Source: Halolamina sp. (GTDB taxonomy: Archaea > Halobacteriota > Halobacteria > Halobacteriales > Haloferacaceae). From it: a stretch of 64,000 nt of DNA. Shown piece after piece: positions 1 through 10,650 of this stretch. Every line of letters starts with the position of its first letter. The first letter of the stretch is position 1. The stretch spans positions 415 through 64,414 of the forward strand of contig NZ_JAZKRY010000003.1 in NCBI RefSeq assembly GCF_036626355.1, read 5' to 3'. Both the position numbers and the translations under genes were made by a program. The notes under the pieces were generated by a model. The model did no database searches and had not been told where the DNA came from. It saw nothing but the letters and a program-made list of their open reading frames with translations.

Positions 1-1029
1 CTCATCGACGGTTTCGGAGTCCTCGATCCCCAGCCGCTTGCGTAGCTCGTCCAGCAGGTCGAACTCCGCGTTGGCCCGCGCACGGAACACGGAGTAGAGC
101 TCGTCGACGGCCTCCCACTGCTGGCCGGTGAGACTGTACTCGTCGGGGCGGATCTTCGCCGGACAGCGCGTGGAGAAGCGGCAGCCACTCGGTGGGTCGC
201 GCGGGCTCGGCGGCGTCCCGCGCAGCGTGATGCGTTTGCCCGTGTCGGCGATGGAGCCCGGAATGGCCGAGAGCAGCGACTCGGTGTAGGGGTGGGCGGG
301 GTCAGTGAACACCGCCTCGGTCTTCCCGAGCTCCATCACCTCGCCCAGATACATCACCGCGGTGCGGTCGGCGATATGCCGAACCACGCTCAGGTCGTGG
401 GCGATGAACAGGTAGGTGAGCCCGAGCTCCTCCTGCAGTTCCTCGAGCAGGTTGATGATCCGGGCCTGGACGCTCACATCGAGCGCGGACACCGGTTCGT
501 CGAGGACGAGGAACTCGGGTTCGAGCGCGAGCGCGCGGGCGATACCGATACGCTGGCTCTGGCCGCCGGAGAACTGGTGGGGGTAGCGGAAGTAATGCTC
601 CTCCTGGAGTCCGACTTTCTCGAGCAGGTCGTGGACCCGATCACGCCGTTCCTGCGGCGTCTTCCAGTCGTGGGCGTCCAGGGGCTCGCGGACGATCTCG
701 CCGACGGTCATCCGATCGTTGAGACTGGAGTCGGGATCCTGGAACACCATCTGGGCGTCGCGCTGCCACTCCCGGAGCTCCTTCCCGGAGATGCTGCTCA
801 CGTCACGGCCGTCCGACATCACCCGCCCCTCGGTCGCCGTCTCCAGGTTCAGGATGGTGCGACCCAGCGTGGTTTTCCCGCAGCCGGACTCGCCAACCAG
901 CCCGAGCGTCTCGCCCTCGCGGATCTCGAAGCTGACGCCGTCGACGGCTTTCACGGGGTCGCCCCCGAGGAAGCCGCCGGCGTCGTAGTACTTTTTCAGG
1001 TTCTTGACCTCGAGATACGGCTCGCTCAT
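1..1029 (-). CDS. dppF: Oligopeptide/dipeptide ABC transporter ATP-binding protein (DppF/OppF type), 3' end outside window
   Basis: Manual translation MSEPYLEVKNLKKYY...GLVGESGCGKTT (Walker A), YPHQFSGGQSQR signature, LVLDEP (Walker B), HPYTESLL; ATG overlaps the TGA of the upstream gene (ATGA). Confidence 0.92.
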   Translation of the reverse strand, partial: MSEPYLEVKNLKKYYDAGGFLGGDPVKAVDGVSFEIREGETLGLVGESGCGKTTLGRTILNLETATEGRVMSDGRDVSSISGKELREWQRDAQMVFQDPDSSLNDRMTVGEIVREPLDAHDWKTPQERRDRVHDLLEKVGLQEEHYFRYPHQFSGGQSQRIGIARALALEPEFLVLDEPVSALDVSVQARIINLLEELQEELGLTYLFIAHDLSVVRHIADRTAVMYLGEVMELGKTEAVFTDPAHPYTESLLSAIPGSIADTGKRITLRGTPPSPRDPPSGCRFSTRCPAKIRPDEYSLTGQQWEAVDELYSVFRARANAEFDLLDELRKRLGIEDSETVDE

Positions 1030-2036
1030 CGTTCGTCACCTCCGACGACGGCGTCGATGCCACCCGCTGGCGGCTCCTCGGGGAACCGCTCGTCGTAGAG
1101 CAGGCAGGCGGCCCCGTGGTCCTCGCTGACGTTGATCCGTTCCGGATGGACCTGGTTGCAGTCAGCGAACGCGTACGCACAGCGCGGGGCGAACCGACAG
1201 GAGTCGGGCTCGCTCGTCGCCGTCGGCACCTCCCCCTCGATCGTGGGGAGCCGGTCGCCGTTGACGGTCCGGCCGGGGATGCTCGCGAGTAGGCCACGGG
1301 TGTAGGGGTGCCGGGGGTTCTCGAACAGCTTGTCGACGGGTGCGGTCTCGATGAGCTCGCCGGCGTACATGACGCTCACCCGGTCGGCCGTCTCCTCGAT
1401 GACGCCCATGTCGTGGGTGATAAACAGCACCGCGAGATCCTCCTCGCGCTGGAGCTCGTCCAGCAGGTCGAGAATCTGGGCCTGGATGGTCACGTCGAGC
1501 GCCGTCGTCGGCTCGTCGCAGACGAGGAGATCCGGGTCGCAGGCGAGCGCGATAGCGATGACCGCACGCTGGCGCATCCCACCGCTGAACTGGTGGGGGT
1601 ACTCGTCGACCCGCCGTGCGGCGTCGGGAATCCCGACGTCCTTGAGCAGCGAGATGGCCTCGTCCGTCGCTGCCTTCCCCCGGAGGTTCTGGTGGATTCG
1701 TAGCGCCTCCTCGATCTGGTTCCCGACCGTGTACACCGGGTTCATCGAGTTGATCGGGTCCTGGAAGACGATGGAGAGGTCGCCACGGGCCTGCTCCCAG
1801 CCGACTTCCGCGAGGTCGTCGCCGCGGAACCGCATCGCCTCCGCCTCGACGATGCCGGGCTCGTCGACCAGGCCGAGCACGGAGCGAGCGGTGACCGATT
1901 TCCCCGAGCCGGACTCGCCGACCAGCCCCAGCGTCTCGCCGCGTTCGATCTCGAAGGAGACGCCGTCGACGGCGCGGATGGTCTCCTTCTCGGTGTGGAA
2001 CGTCGTGTGCAGCTCCTCGACTTCGAGCAGCGCCAT
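1026..2036 (-). CDS. dppD: Oligopeptide/dipeptide ABC transporter ATP-binding protein (DppD/OppD type)
   Basis: GESGSGKS, FSGGMRQR, CDEPTTALD, C-terminal HPYTRGLL...CRFAPRC oligo_HPY domain. Confidence 0.95.
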   Translation of the reverse strand: MALLEVEELHTTFHTEKETIRAVDGVSFEIERGETLGLVGESGSGKSVTARSVLGLVDEPGIVEAEAMRFRGDDLAEVGWEQARGDLSIVFQDPINSMNPVYTVGNQIEEALRIHQNLRGKAATDEAISLLKDVGIPDAARRVDEYPHQFSGGMRQRAVIAIALACDPDLLVCDEPTTALDVTIQAQILDLLDELQREEDLAVLFITHDMGVIEETADRVSVMYAGELIETAPVDKLFENPRHPYTRGLLASIPGRTVNGDRLPTIEGEVPTATSEPDSCRFAPRCAYAFADCNQVHPERINVSEDHGAACLLYDERFPEEPPAGGIDAVVGGDER

Positions 2037-3475
2037 CAGGCACCACCTCCGCGGCTGCCGGCCTCGCCGGCAGCGCTGTCGGATTCGGGGTCGATGGCGT
2101 CGCGGATGCCGTCACCGAGCGCGTTGAAGCCGGTGACAACCAGTGTGATGAGGATTCCCGGAATCAGGGAGATGTGCCACGACGCGGTGTCGACGTAGTC
2201 CTGCCCGGCGTTGACCGCCCGGCCCCACTCGGGGGTTGGTGGGTCGACGCCGAGGCCGAGGAACGACAGCCCGGCGATGGCGATTATCGCCCCGCCCAGC
2301 GTCATCGAGCCGTAGATGAGCAGATAGCCCGTGATGTAGGGGAGCATGTGTTTCCGCATGATGCTCCCCGGGGTCTGGCCGAAGCTCTTGGCCGCGTCGA
2401 CCCACTCGCGCTCGGACACCTGGAGCGCGGGCCCGCGCAGCGAGCGCCAGAGGTAGGGCCAGCCCGTCCCGGCGAAGATGAGCGCGAGTACGAACGCCCC
2501 TGAGTAGAGCTTCCCGATCCACGTGCCCGCAAGCACCACTGTCAGCATGATGAGTAGGAGGAGTTGGGGCATCCCCATCACGGAGTCGGAGACGAGCACG
2601 AGACCCAGGTCGACGGCGCCCTTGTAGTAGGCGGAGATCAGCGCGAGCGACACGGCGACACCCGCTGAGAGCCCCACCGAGAGCAGGCCGATGATGAGCG
2701 AGATGCGCGAGCCCGCAGCGATGAACGTAAAGAGGTCTTTCCCGCCGGGTAACGTCCCGAACGGATGGAACCGGCCGAAGTCGTCGTACTCCATCGGTCC
2801 GACGTTCGAGCCCTCGGAGCCGACCGACTGGGCCCCGATGTTCGCAGCGCCGACGGTCGTCTCCTGGACGGAGTCGCCGTCCCAGTACTCGAGCGTGTGC
2901 CCGTAGGGGTCCTGCAGGTTCCGGTCGACGGTCGTCGGCCCGAGCGCGGGCGCGAAGATCGCCATCGTGACGAACATGAAGACGACGACGAAGCCGAAGA
3001 TCCCCCATTTGTGTCCCCGGAGCCGATCGACGACGTCGTCGCGGGGGGTCCAGTCGGCGGCCCGGTAGTAGACCCGGTACCAGTCGTACGCCACCCACAC
3101 CCAATAGGTGCAGGCGGCCGCGTAGAGGTAGATGAGTGTCACGCGGACTCCCCACGCAACCGCGGGCGCGAGGCCGAGGAACGTGCCCTGGTAGCCGCTC
3201 CCGTCGAAGTAGCCCTGGTTAGGGATCGTTTCGCGGGAGAGTAGCGTCGGGATTCCGGAGACGGCGTCGACGAACGCCACGAAGATACCGGCGTCGTAAT
3301 CGCCGGGAACTGCCTGCACGAAGTCGACCAGCAGCGTCCCGGGGAACCGGAGCAGCGCACCGAGCTCCAGCAGCAGGAGGAACACCGCCACGCCGGCCCA
3401 CAGCAGCGCCGGTTGGGGGTACTCCGCGATGCGCGTGCGAAGTGTCGTCGAGCGGGTTTGCGTTCTGGTCGCCAT
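2036..3475 (-). CDS. dppC: Peptide ABC transporter permease (DppC/OppC type)
   Basis: Multiple TM segments; HPFGT, EAA-like loop WVDAAKSFG...HMLP, LSFLGLGVDPPTPEWG. Confidence 0.93.
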   Translation of the reverse strand: MATRTQTRSTTLRTRIAEYPQPALLWAGVAVFLLLLELGALLRFPGTLLVDFVQAVPGDYDAGIFVAFVDAVSGIPTLLSRETIPNQGYFDGSGYQGTFLGLAPAVAWGVRVTLIYLYAAACTYWVWVAYDWYRVYYRAADWTPRDDVVDRLRGHKWGIFGFVVVFMFVTMAIFAPALGPTTVDRNLQDPYGHTLEYWDGDSVQETTVGAANIGAQSVGSEGSNVGPMEYDDFGRFHPFGTLPGGKDLFTFIAAGSRISLIIGLLSVGLSAGVAVSLALISAYYKGAVDLGLVLVSDSVMGMPQLLLLIMLTVVLAGTWIGKLYSGAFVLALIFAGTGWPYLWRSLRGPALQVSEREWVDAAKSFGQTPGSIMRKHMLPYITGYLLIYGSMTLGGAIIAIAGLSFLGLGVDPPTPEWGRAVNAGQDYVDTASWHISLIPGILITLVVTGFNALGDGIRDAIDPESDSAAGEAGSRGGGA

Positions 3476-3476
3476 C

Positions 3477-4523
3477 TTACTTCTCCTCGTAGCCGACGCG
3501 CGGGTCGATAATCGTGTATAGGATGTCCTGTGCGATGTTGATAGTGAGCATGAGTACGATGAAAACGAACATCAGCGTCCCGACCAGCGGGAGGTCGCCC
3601 TGGATGGCGGCCTTGAAGAAGAGGAAGCCGATGCCCTGAATCCCGAACACCGACTCCACGAGGACCGAGCCGCCGATGAGCAGGAACGCCTCGCTGGTGA
3701 TGACCGGGACGAGCGGCACCAGCGCGTTCCGCAGAACGTGTTTCCAGACGATCATCCGGTCGGAGACGCCTTTCGCACGCGCGAGGTCGATGTACTTCTC
3801 GTTTTTCGTCTCCAGCACGGCCGTGCGGCCGATGCGCATCTCGTTGCCCATCGACGCCGAGCCGAGCACGATGGCCGGGGGGATGATCTTCTTGATGGCC
3901 GCCAACGTGTTGCCGGGTTCGGTGAACAGCGCCCACGGCTTGCCGTCCATATAGCTGAGCTGGGGGTTGCCAGTGATGCCGGAGTCGAGCGGGATAAGGG
4001 CCGTGTCCCAGTCGACGCCGAACATCGCTTCGGAGCTAACGAGGAGGGACAGCAGGATGACCGCGAGCCAGAAGTTCGGCATCGCCCGCCAGACGATGCC
4101 CGACACCGAGGCGATGTAGTCCGCGAGCGTGTTCGAGTGGAGCCCCGCGTAGAACCCCAATGGGACGCCGATGAAGACGGCGATGATCACTGACCAGAAC
4201 CCGAGCCACACCGTCCGGGGCAGGAAGTCCATGATGAGGGCGTTGACGTTCGAGCCCGGGTAGAGGAGCCACGTCTGGCCCAGATCGAGCATGAACAGAC
4301 TCGACATCCAGTCGAGGTAATGTTCCAACGGCGGCTGATTGAGCCCGAGTTGGGTCTCGGCGGCCTCGACCTTCTCGGGGTCCTGGGTCTGTGACTGACT
4401 CAGAACGTACGCTGCGGGGTTGATCGGTCCTTGATAGATGATGAACCACGTCACGCTGGTGCCGAGCCAGAGCACGGGGAACGACATCAGCAGACGTTTA
4501 CCGAGGTAGTTGAATCGGCTCAT
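3477..4523 (-). CDS. dppB: Peptide ABC transporter permease (DppB/OppB type)
   Basis: PNFWLA, YIDLARAKG...KHVLRNALVP, VESVFGIQGIG, YTIIDPRV. Confidence 0.95.
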   Translation of the reverse strand: MSRFNYLGKRLLMSFPVLWLGTSVTWFIIYQGPINPAAYVLSQSQTQDPEKVEAAETQLGLNQPPLEHYLDWMSSLFMLDLGQTWLLYPGSNVNALIMDFLPRTVWLGFWSVIIAVFIGVPLGFYAGLHSNTLADYIASVSGIVWRAMPNFWLAVILLSLLVSSEAMFGVDWDTALIPLDSGITGNPQLSYMDGKPWALFTEPGNTLAAIKKIIPPAIVLGSASMGNEMRIGRTAVLETKNEKYIDLARAKGVSDRMIVWKHVLRNALVPLVPVITSEAFLLIGGSVLVESVFGIQGIGFLFFKAAIQGDLPLVGTLMFVFIVLMLTINIAQDILYTIIDPRVGYEEK

Positions 4524-4609
4524 TGGGTGTGTTGTGGTGGGTTCGAGGCTTGCCGGGGCGACGGGAAGAATTTTCGCAAGGAGTTCGACGGGGAGCGGAC
4601 GAAACGGCG

Positions 4610-6766
4610 TTAGTCGTCGCGCTCGATAGTGACCGTGTTGAACGTCTGGTTCTCCATCGTTCCCGCCATGCGGACGTTGACCTCAGGGTTCCAGAGCCGC
4701 TGGGTGGTGCCGTACACCGTCGGCATCTCCTGTACCGTCTCCCAGTTGACCTCCTCGATTGTGTAGTAGCCGATGTTCCGCTGTTGCTGGTTCTCCTCGC
4801 CCGCACCCGTGTGGGGCTCGTAGTGCTCCGCCCACGCGTTATCGGCGACCGGCATCAGGTCGTCGAAGCCGGCGCCGATGGCCGTCGGCGTGGAAGAGGA
4901 GTAGCCTGCTGAGTCGATGATATCCGCGAACTCGTCGGCGGTGATGTCCTCGATGAACACCGCGGCCGTCCCCTGCCCGTCGGTGTCATCCGAGGGAGAC
5001 ACGGAGACGTGACCGGAGTCGACGTTATCGGGCATCTCCGCGACGAGATCCTCCTCGACCGTCTCGGGGTCGTTGCCGTTGAAGTCGACGTCCGGCGCCT
5101 CGACTCGGTGGGTCCAGCGCGTGAACATGAACGCCGGGTTCTCGTACGGCGGAATGAAGCGGAGGAAGTTGTCCGATTCGGGCCACTCCATCCCGTCGCC
5201 CAGCGAGAACATGTCCATGTTCCCGTTGATCGCCTGGGTGATGATGGTCCCGAAGTCCGCCTTCGTGATGTCGACGTTGATGTAGGCCGTCTCCGCCTTG
5301 TTGCGGAGGCGCTTGGAGATGCGGTCCCAGTCGCTACTGCCGGAGAAGACCGTGAACTCCACGTCGTAGCGGTTGTCCGGGCCGTAGCCGGCCTCCTCCA
5401 TGACCGCCTTGGCGTCCTCGATGCGCGTCTCGCCGACGCCGTACATCCAGCCGTCGGACGCGAAGTCGAGCTGGTTGTTCTCGCCGTCCTGATAGTGCGC
5501 TTCGTAGCTCTCGGTCGGCGACATGTCGCCGTCGTTCATGTAGACCGGCGGCGGCGTGAGGGAGTAGGCCGGTTCGGCCATCCCCTTGTAGATGTCTTCC
5601 GCGATGGCGTGCTGATTGGTGAGGTAGGCGAACGCTTTCCGGACGGGTTTGGGGGTCCGGGCGGTGTTGAACACGATGTAGTCCGTGTCCAGTGCCGTGG
5701 CCTCCCCGTAGTTGACCGTGGACCCGTTGTCGAGTTCGTAGGTACCGGCCCTGTAGCTCCCGCGGTCACGCTCGATGTTCAGATTGTCGGGGTTGATCTG
5801 GGCTGTCGGCGGCCCCTCGAGGATGTCGAGGTTGCCGTTGACGAACCGGCTGTACCGCGTGTTGGCCTTGCCGATGACGGTGAACGTGATCCCGTCGATG
5901 TAGGGGCCCTCGCCGTGGTAGTCCTCGAACATCGAGAGTTCGATGGTGTCGCCCTTCGACCAGGAGTCGACCTTGAACGGGCCGGTTGCGGCGAAGAACG
6001 GACCGTCGCCTTTCGTCGAAAAGAACTCGTTGTAGTCGTACTCGCCCTCGTACATCAGGCCGTCGAGGCCGTGGTCCTGGTAGTCCTTCGGATAGGCGAC
6101 CGAGTTCTCCGGGTAGATGGCGAACGCGCCGCCCGCGATCTGGGAGATTGAGGCGTGGAACGCAGCCGCCAGCGTGACCTCCAAGGTGTAGTCGTCGACG
6201 GCCTCCATTTCGAGGCTGTCGGGGACGTAGTTGGTGACGGACTCACCGGTGTTGCCCTCGTGGGCGATGGTGAACGTCCCACCGACGATGTCGTCGGCGT
6301 TCTGGGTCTCCTCGGCGCCGGCGAGGCGCTCCCAGGAGTAGATCACGTCGTCCGCGGTCAGCTCGTCGCCGTTGTGGAACGTCACGCCCTCCTTCAGGTC
6401 GAACGTGTACGTCAGACCGTCGTCGGAGATGGAGTAGTCCGTCGCGAGCGACGGCTCGGGCGGCAGGTCGCCGTTGGGGAACTCCATCAGCGACTCCGCG
6501 TACTGGTTGTACCCCGCGCCCGACCCTTTCGCGTTGGCGGGGTCGAGCGTCTGAACCGGCCCCTCCGAGGCCATCTGCAAGGTTCCGCCGGTGAAGGTCT
6601 TCTCTTCGGTCGGGGTCGCTGTCGCCGTCTCGGACGACATCGGTGTGTCGGACTCCGTCTCTGTCGATTGTTCGTCCGGTGCATTACCGCCACAGCCGGC
6701 AAGCGCCGCTGCAAGACCGGTGCCTGCCGCCGTCAAGAACGACCGCCGAGTACTCTCCTCGGGCAT
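4610..6766 (-). CDS. dppA: Peptide ABC transporter substrate-binding lipoprotein (SBP family 5, Tat-exported)
   Basis: Tat motif STRRSFL plus lipobox LAGC; family-5 signature SDDGLTYTFDLKEGVTFHNGDELTADDV; ATGPFKV; first gene of the dppABCDF operon. Confidence 0.93.
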   Translation of the reverse strand: MPEESTRRSFLTAAGTGLAAALAGCGGNAPDEQSTETESDTPMSSETATATPTEEKTFTGGTLQMASEGPVQTLDPANAKGSGAGYNQYAESLMEFPNGDLPPEPSLATDYSISDDGLTYTFDLKEGVTFHNGDELTADDVIYSWERLAGAEETQNADDIVGGTFTIAHEGNTGESVTNYVPDSLEMEAVDDYTLEVTLAAAFHASISQIAGGAFAIYPENSVAYPKDYQDHGLDGLMYEGEYDYNEFFSTKGDGPFFAATGPFKVDSWSKGDTIELSMFEDYHGEGPYIDGITFTVIGKANTRYSRFVNGNLDILEGPPTAQINPDNLNIERDRGSYRAGTYELDNGSTVNYGEATALDTDYIVFNTARTPKPVRKAFAYLTNQHAIAEDIYKGMAEPAYSLTPPPVYMNDGDMSPTESYEAHYQDGENNQLDFASDGWMYGVGETRIEDAKAVMEEAGYGPDNRYDVEFTVFSGSSDWDRISKRLRNKAETAYINVDITKADFGTIITQAINGNMDMFSLGDGMEWPESDNFLRFIPPYENPAFMFTRWTHRVEAPDVDFNGNDPETVEEDLVAEMPDNVDSGHVSVSPSDDTDGQGTAAVFIEDITADEFADIIDSAGYSSSTPTAIGAGFDDLMPVADNAWAEHYEPHTGAGEENQQQRNIGYYTIEEVNWETVQEMPTVYGTTQRLWNPEVNVRMAGTMENQTFNTVTIERDD

Positions 6767-7169
6767 CGTTCTGAGACGAAAACCGACGATGTATATACCT
6801 TACTCTCCGGATATGTTTTCTCCGCGCTATCGAGGAATCAAAATACGATGTCTGGGGATGGCTCCTGAGAGATATATAGCGTAATCGGCTCTGAGGTGTC
6901 GGTTCTGTGATTTTGGCGGCGATTCCGCCCCGCCGGATTCTGCCGGGCTTACAGCCGGGAACCGGCCGGAATCTCTGACCCTTTTTACGGGTGACGGTCC
7001 GAACACTCTGTTGTTGGTTCGGCTATCGAGGGGGAGCTATTCTCCTCAGAGATGGGCGGCACTAACGAGTGGACACGTTCTGTCGTTCGAAACCCGGCCC
7101 GGCGACGAGCCGTTACTGGCGCGACACGTGTTCCGTGGACTTATGCCCGCGGTCGGCCCAGCAGTCCCC

Positions 7170-8138
7170 ATGGCCGAACCTGTCGACCACAGCGGGAGCC
7201 CGCCCGGGAGCCTCATGGCCGATCTCGAGCGTCCACGGAGCAAGGAGCCAACCCGTATCGCTGTCGTCGCCGACCCCCACGTCTCTACCCGATCGGCGGG
7301 GACCTCGAAACTGTTCGACTACACCGAGGCGCATCTCCAGAACGCCGTCGCCGATATCAACGAGCGGAACGTGGAGTACACGCTCTGTGTCGGGGATATC
7401 ACCAAGGACGGCGAGCGCTGGAACTTCGACGCCGCCGACGAGATTCTCGCCGACCTCGACTCGCCGTTCCGCTCCATTCCGGGCAACCACGACGTCCCAA
7501 AGGAGGGCGACGACCACGAGCCCCTCCCTCTCTCGGAGTTCGTGGAGCGGTACACCCCTGACGGTGACGGCTTCCCGTTCCACGAGCGCGTGGGCGGTGT
7601 CGATATCGTCGGGCTCAACAGCGCAGGCGGCCACGACTGGCTCACCGACTCCCACGACGGGCTGGTCCCCGACGAACAGTTGGACTGGCTCGAGGAGACC
7701 CTGCCGGAGCTTGCGTCGCCGCTGATCGCGGTCCATCACAACCTGCCGACGATGTCGGACCAGCTCCTCGAACATCAGGAGACCAACGAGCCCGAGATGG
7801 CGATCCCACCCGTCCTGCGCAACCCCGACCGGTTCGTCGCCACGCTTTCGGAACACGGCGTCCCGCTGATCGTGACGGGCCATCTCCACCTCCCCTCCGC
7901 GACGATCGAGCAGGGGGTCCGGGAGCTGATGACGCCGACGACCTGTTCGTTCCCACAGTCGTACCTGCTGCTCGACGTCACCAGTGAGGGGACCGAAGCC
8001 CGACTGGTGCCGGTCACTGACCACGCCGGCATGATGCGTGGCCACCGCGAACGTAGCCAGGACTCCGTCACCGGGAAGGGGCTCACGGCCATGGCGGCGG
8101 TTCGACTGGCCCAGTTCCCGCTTGTCGATGAGTCCTGA
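7170..8138 (+). CDS. Calcineurin-like metallophosphoesterase (Icc/CpdA-like)
   Basis: Motifs DPH, GDIT, GNHD, HH, GHLH; start moved to the ATG at 7170 (inference). Confidence 0.88.
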   Translation: MAEPVDHSGSPPGSLMADLERPRSKEPTRIAVVADPHVSTRSAGTSKLFDYTEAHLQNAVADINERNVEYTLCVGDITKDGERWNFDAADEILADLDSPFRSIPGNHDVPKEGDDHEPLPLSEFVERYTPDGDGFPFHERVGGVDIVGLNSAGGHDWLTDSHDGLVPDEQLDWLEETLPELASPLIAVHHNLPTMSDQLLEHQETNEPEMAIPPVLRNPDRFVATLSEHGVPLIVTGHLHLPSATIEQGVRELMTPTTCSFPQSYLLLDVTSEGTEARLVPVTDHAGMMRGHRERSQDSVTGKGLTAMAAVRLAQFPLVDES

Positions 8139-9111
8139 GCCGGATTCGACGCATGCCGACACAACCGCCGGGAGCGACGGCCACGAACTCGTCGCCGTCG
8201 GCGCTGCCACCGTCGACCGCACCTACGAGGTAACGAACCTCCCGGAGCCAGACGGCGGGGCGTTCGCCCACTCCGTCTCGGACTCCTTCGGCGGGGTCGG
8301 TGCCAACGTCGCCACCGGTGCAGCCCGCCTGGGCCGCGCGGCTGGGCTGTTGGCCCGCCTCGGCGAGGACGGGTTTGGTGACCGCGTGGAGGCCGATCTC
8401 GACGCCGGTCCCCTGGATACGAGTCTGGTACGGCGCCGTCCTGGGACCACAACCCACTGCATCATCCCGCGCGGGCCGGCGGGCGACCGCATGATTATCA
8501 CTGCCGGCGACTCGACAACGCGACTGCGACTCGACGAGGATGACCGCACGGCGCTCAGAGCCGCGGACGCCGTCTTCGCGACCGCGTACGTCCCTGACCC
8601 GGTGACGACGGAGCTGATAGCGCTCGCGGAGGAGCCCGACGGGCCCGCATTCGTGTTTGATCTCTCCGGCCCGGTAGCGGAGCTGAAAGACCGCGGTACC
8701 GAGCGCGAAACGATCGACCGGGCCGTTCGCGCGGCCGACCTGTTCGTCGTCGGCGAACTGGCCGCCGAGTCCTATCTCGACCGGCCGGCAACGATGGCCG
8801 TCGACGCCCTCCGGGAACGGGGCTGTCGCCGCGGCGCCGTCACCTTCGGCGAGGCCGGCTCGACAGTGTTCGACGGCGAGGAAACGACTGCAATCGATGC
8901 CTTCGACGTCGACGTCGTGGACACCACCGGGGCCGGCGACGCGTTCGTCGCAGCGCTCATCGACCGCTGGCTGCTCGGCGAGGCCGACCCCGCGATGGCC
9001 GGCGAGTTCGCCGCCGCGGCAGCAGCGCTGAACTGCTCGGCCCAGGGTGCCCGTGGCGGGTTGGCCGACAGGGAGACTGTCCGGGCATTCCTCAGTGAGC
9101 ACGGTCGGTAG
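8128..9111 (+). CDS. PfkB-family carbohydrate kinase
   Basis: GGVGANVA N-terminal signature and DTTGAGDAF C-terminal signature; start overlaps the upstream stop. Confidence 0.92.
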   Translation: MSPEPDSTHADTTAGSDGHELVAVGAATVDRTYEVTNLPEPDGGAFAHSVSDSFGGVGANVATGAARLGRAAGLLARLGEDGFGDRVEADLDAGPLDTSLVRRRPGTTTHCIIPRGPAGDRMIITAGDSTTRLRLDEDDRTALRAADAVFATAYVPDPVTTELIALAEEPDGPAFVFDLSGPVAELKDRGTERETIDRAVRAADLFVVGELAAESYLDRPATMAVDALRERGCRRGAVTFGEAGSTVFDGEETTAIDAFDVDVVDTTGAGDAFVAALIDRWLLGEADPAMAGEFAAAAAALNCSAQGARGGLADRETVRAFLSEHGR

Positions 9112-9205
9112 GGTCTCGCGGCCGCCCCCCGTAACCCTCGTGTCACGGGGTATCGGTCATGTCGGGGAACGGATTTACGTCCGTGACTCGAAACTCGAAA
9201 CACCC

Positions 9206-9850
9206 ATGGCCGAAAACCCATCCCCCACACAGGCAGACGAAAGCGATATTCCGATCTCCGCCGAGACACCCGAGAGCCCCGTTGGCGTCACCGGTGTCGA
9301 CCACATCACCCTCATCGGCAGTAACGAGGAGGATACCGTGCAGTTCTACCGGGACGTGCTCGGGATGCCGCTGGTGCTGCGCCAGCCCAACCTCGACGCA
9401 CCGGATGTGACTCACCTGTTCTTCGATGCCGGCGATGGCCGCATCATCACGTTCTTCGTGAGCGAGGACCGGGACTCCGACCCCCGGCCCGGCCGCAGCG
9501 GCATCGGCGACGTTCACCACCTCGCGTTCAGCATCGACGGCGAGCGCATGGCGGAGATCGCCGAGGCCCTGGAGGCCGAAGGGATGAGCTACAACGAGTT
9601 CGACCGCGGCGCGTTCCACTCGCTCTACACCCGTGACCACAACGGGCTGGTGATCGAACTCGCCGCAGACAAGTTCGAGATTCCGGACGACCGGCGCGGC
9701 GAGGTGCTCGCCCGCGCCCACGCCAACCGCGTCCACGCGGGTGCGGAGTACGTGAAAGACGAGCATATGAAGGCCGGGCTGCAGGAGCTCGACCTCCCCA
9801 TCAACGAGATCGAGATTCCCAGCGCGCCTTCGGGCACCGGCGGGCTGTGA
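9206..9850 (+). CDS. VOC (glyoxalase/extradiol dioxygenase) family protein
   Basis: GVDHITL...FYRDVLG, HHLAFS, SLYTRDHNGLVIEL. Confidence 0.88.
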   Translation: MAENPSPTQADESDIPISAETPESPVGVTGVDHITLIGSNEEDTVQFYRDVLGMPLVLRQPNLDAPDVTHLFFDAGDGRIITFFVSEDRDSDPRPGRSGIGDVHHLAFSIDGERMAEIAEALEAEGMSYNEFDRGAFHSLYTRDHNGLVIELAADKFEIPDDRRGEVLARAHANRVHAGAEYVKDEHMKAGLQELDLPINEIEIPSAPSGTGGL

Positions 9851-9957
9851 GCGGGAACGCCGCGCCGGAGCTCTGAACGAGTAGCGAAGGGGCGCTCGCT
9901 GCTGAATCAGTTACAACGATTCGGAGAGCGTATCGCGGACGCCTGGCCGGACGTGGG

Positions 9958-10353
9958 CTACGGGATGATGGTTGCTGGCACGTCAGTCGCTCGGAGCACT
10001 GTCTCGGCGGCACTGCCGAGAATAATCCGACCGACGCGGCCCGTTCCGTGGTGACCCATCACCACGTGGTCGTGTCCTTCTTCGTCGACAATCTGAAGGA
10101 TGTCCTTCCCGACACGGTTGGCGTACCCGGGGGTAGACATACTGAGGTTCGTTTCGACCTGGGGGACGGTTTCGACCCCCGCATCCGCGAGTTTCTCCTT
10201 GGCGCGGTCGATTACGTCGTTGGTCCCCTCCCCTTCGAAGTCCGTGATGTGGATCACGTGGAGCGTCGCCTCGTAGCGTTCGGCGAACTCGATGGCGAAC
10301 TCCAGTGCTCTGAAACTACACTCCGACCCGTCGATGGGTGCAAGAACATCCAT
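9958..10353 (-). CDS. Universal stress protein (UspA family)
   Basis: VLAPIDGSECSFRALEFA, DHVVMGHHG...ILGSAAETVLR. Confidence 0.92.
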   Translation of the reverse strand: MDVLAPIDGSECSFRALEFAIEFAERYEATLHVIHITDFEGEGTNDVIDRAKEKLADAGVETVPQVETNLSMSTPGYANRVGKDILQIVDEEGHDHVVMGHHGTGRVGRIILGSAAETVLRATDVPATIIP

Positions 10354-10650
10354 GGTGAACAGGTTACAGTACCCAGATAATGAACCTTGGTCCACGTTCC
10401 AGGACGTGGGAAGACCGCGAAACAGCTGTCCCACCCTCGTCGAGGTCGAGCTGGACTGGCGGGATTGCTGCTCGATGATCGGCTTCTGAGGGCTGCTCGG
10501 CCGCACCGCTTACAAGAGCTTATCAGCGAGGACGGGACCATGGCCTCCGATGCACTGAGAACAGTCCCTGAGCGCACAGCGGGTGCGCGGCCACGCGCTC
10601 GGGGGTCGAACCGGCCGCCTGTTCGCGAGGCTTGCCAGCCGCGGCGGCGC

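Noticed and set aside
10354-10650. 300-bp intergenic region with a small hairpin (CCACGT-TCCAGG-ACGTGG); considered as SRP RNA, RNase P RNA or an sRNA
   Set aside because: No recognisable SRP or RNase P conserved motifs; one short hairpin is not enough evidence.
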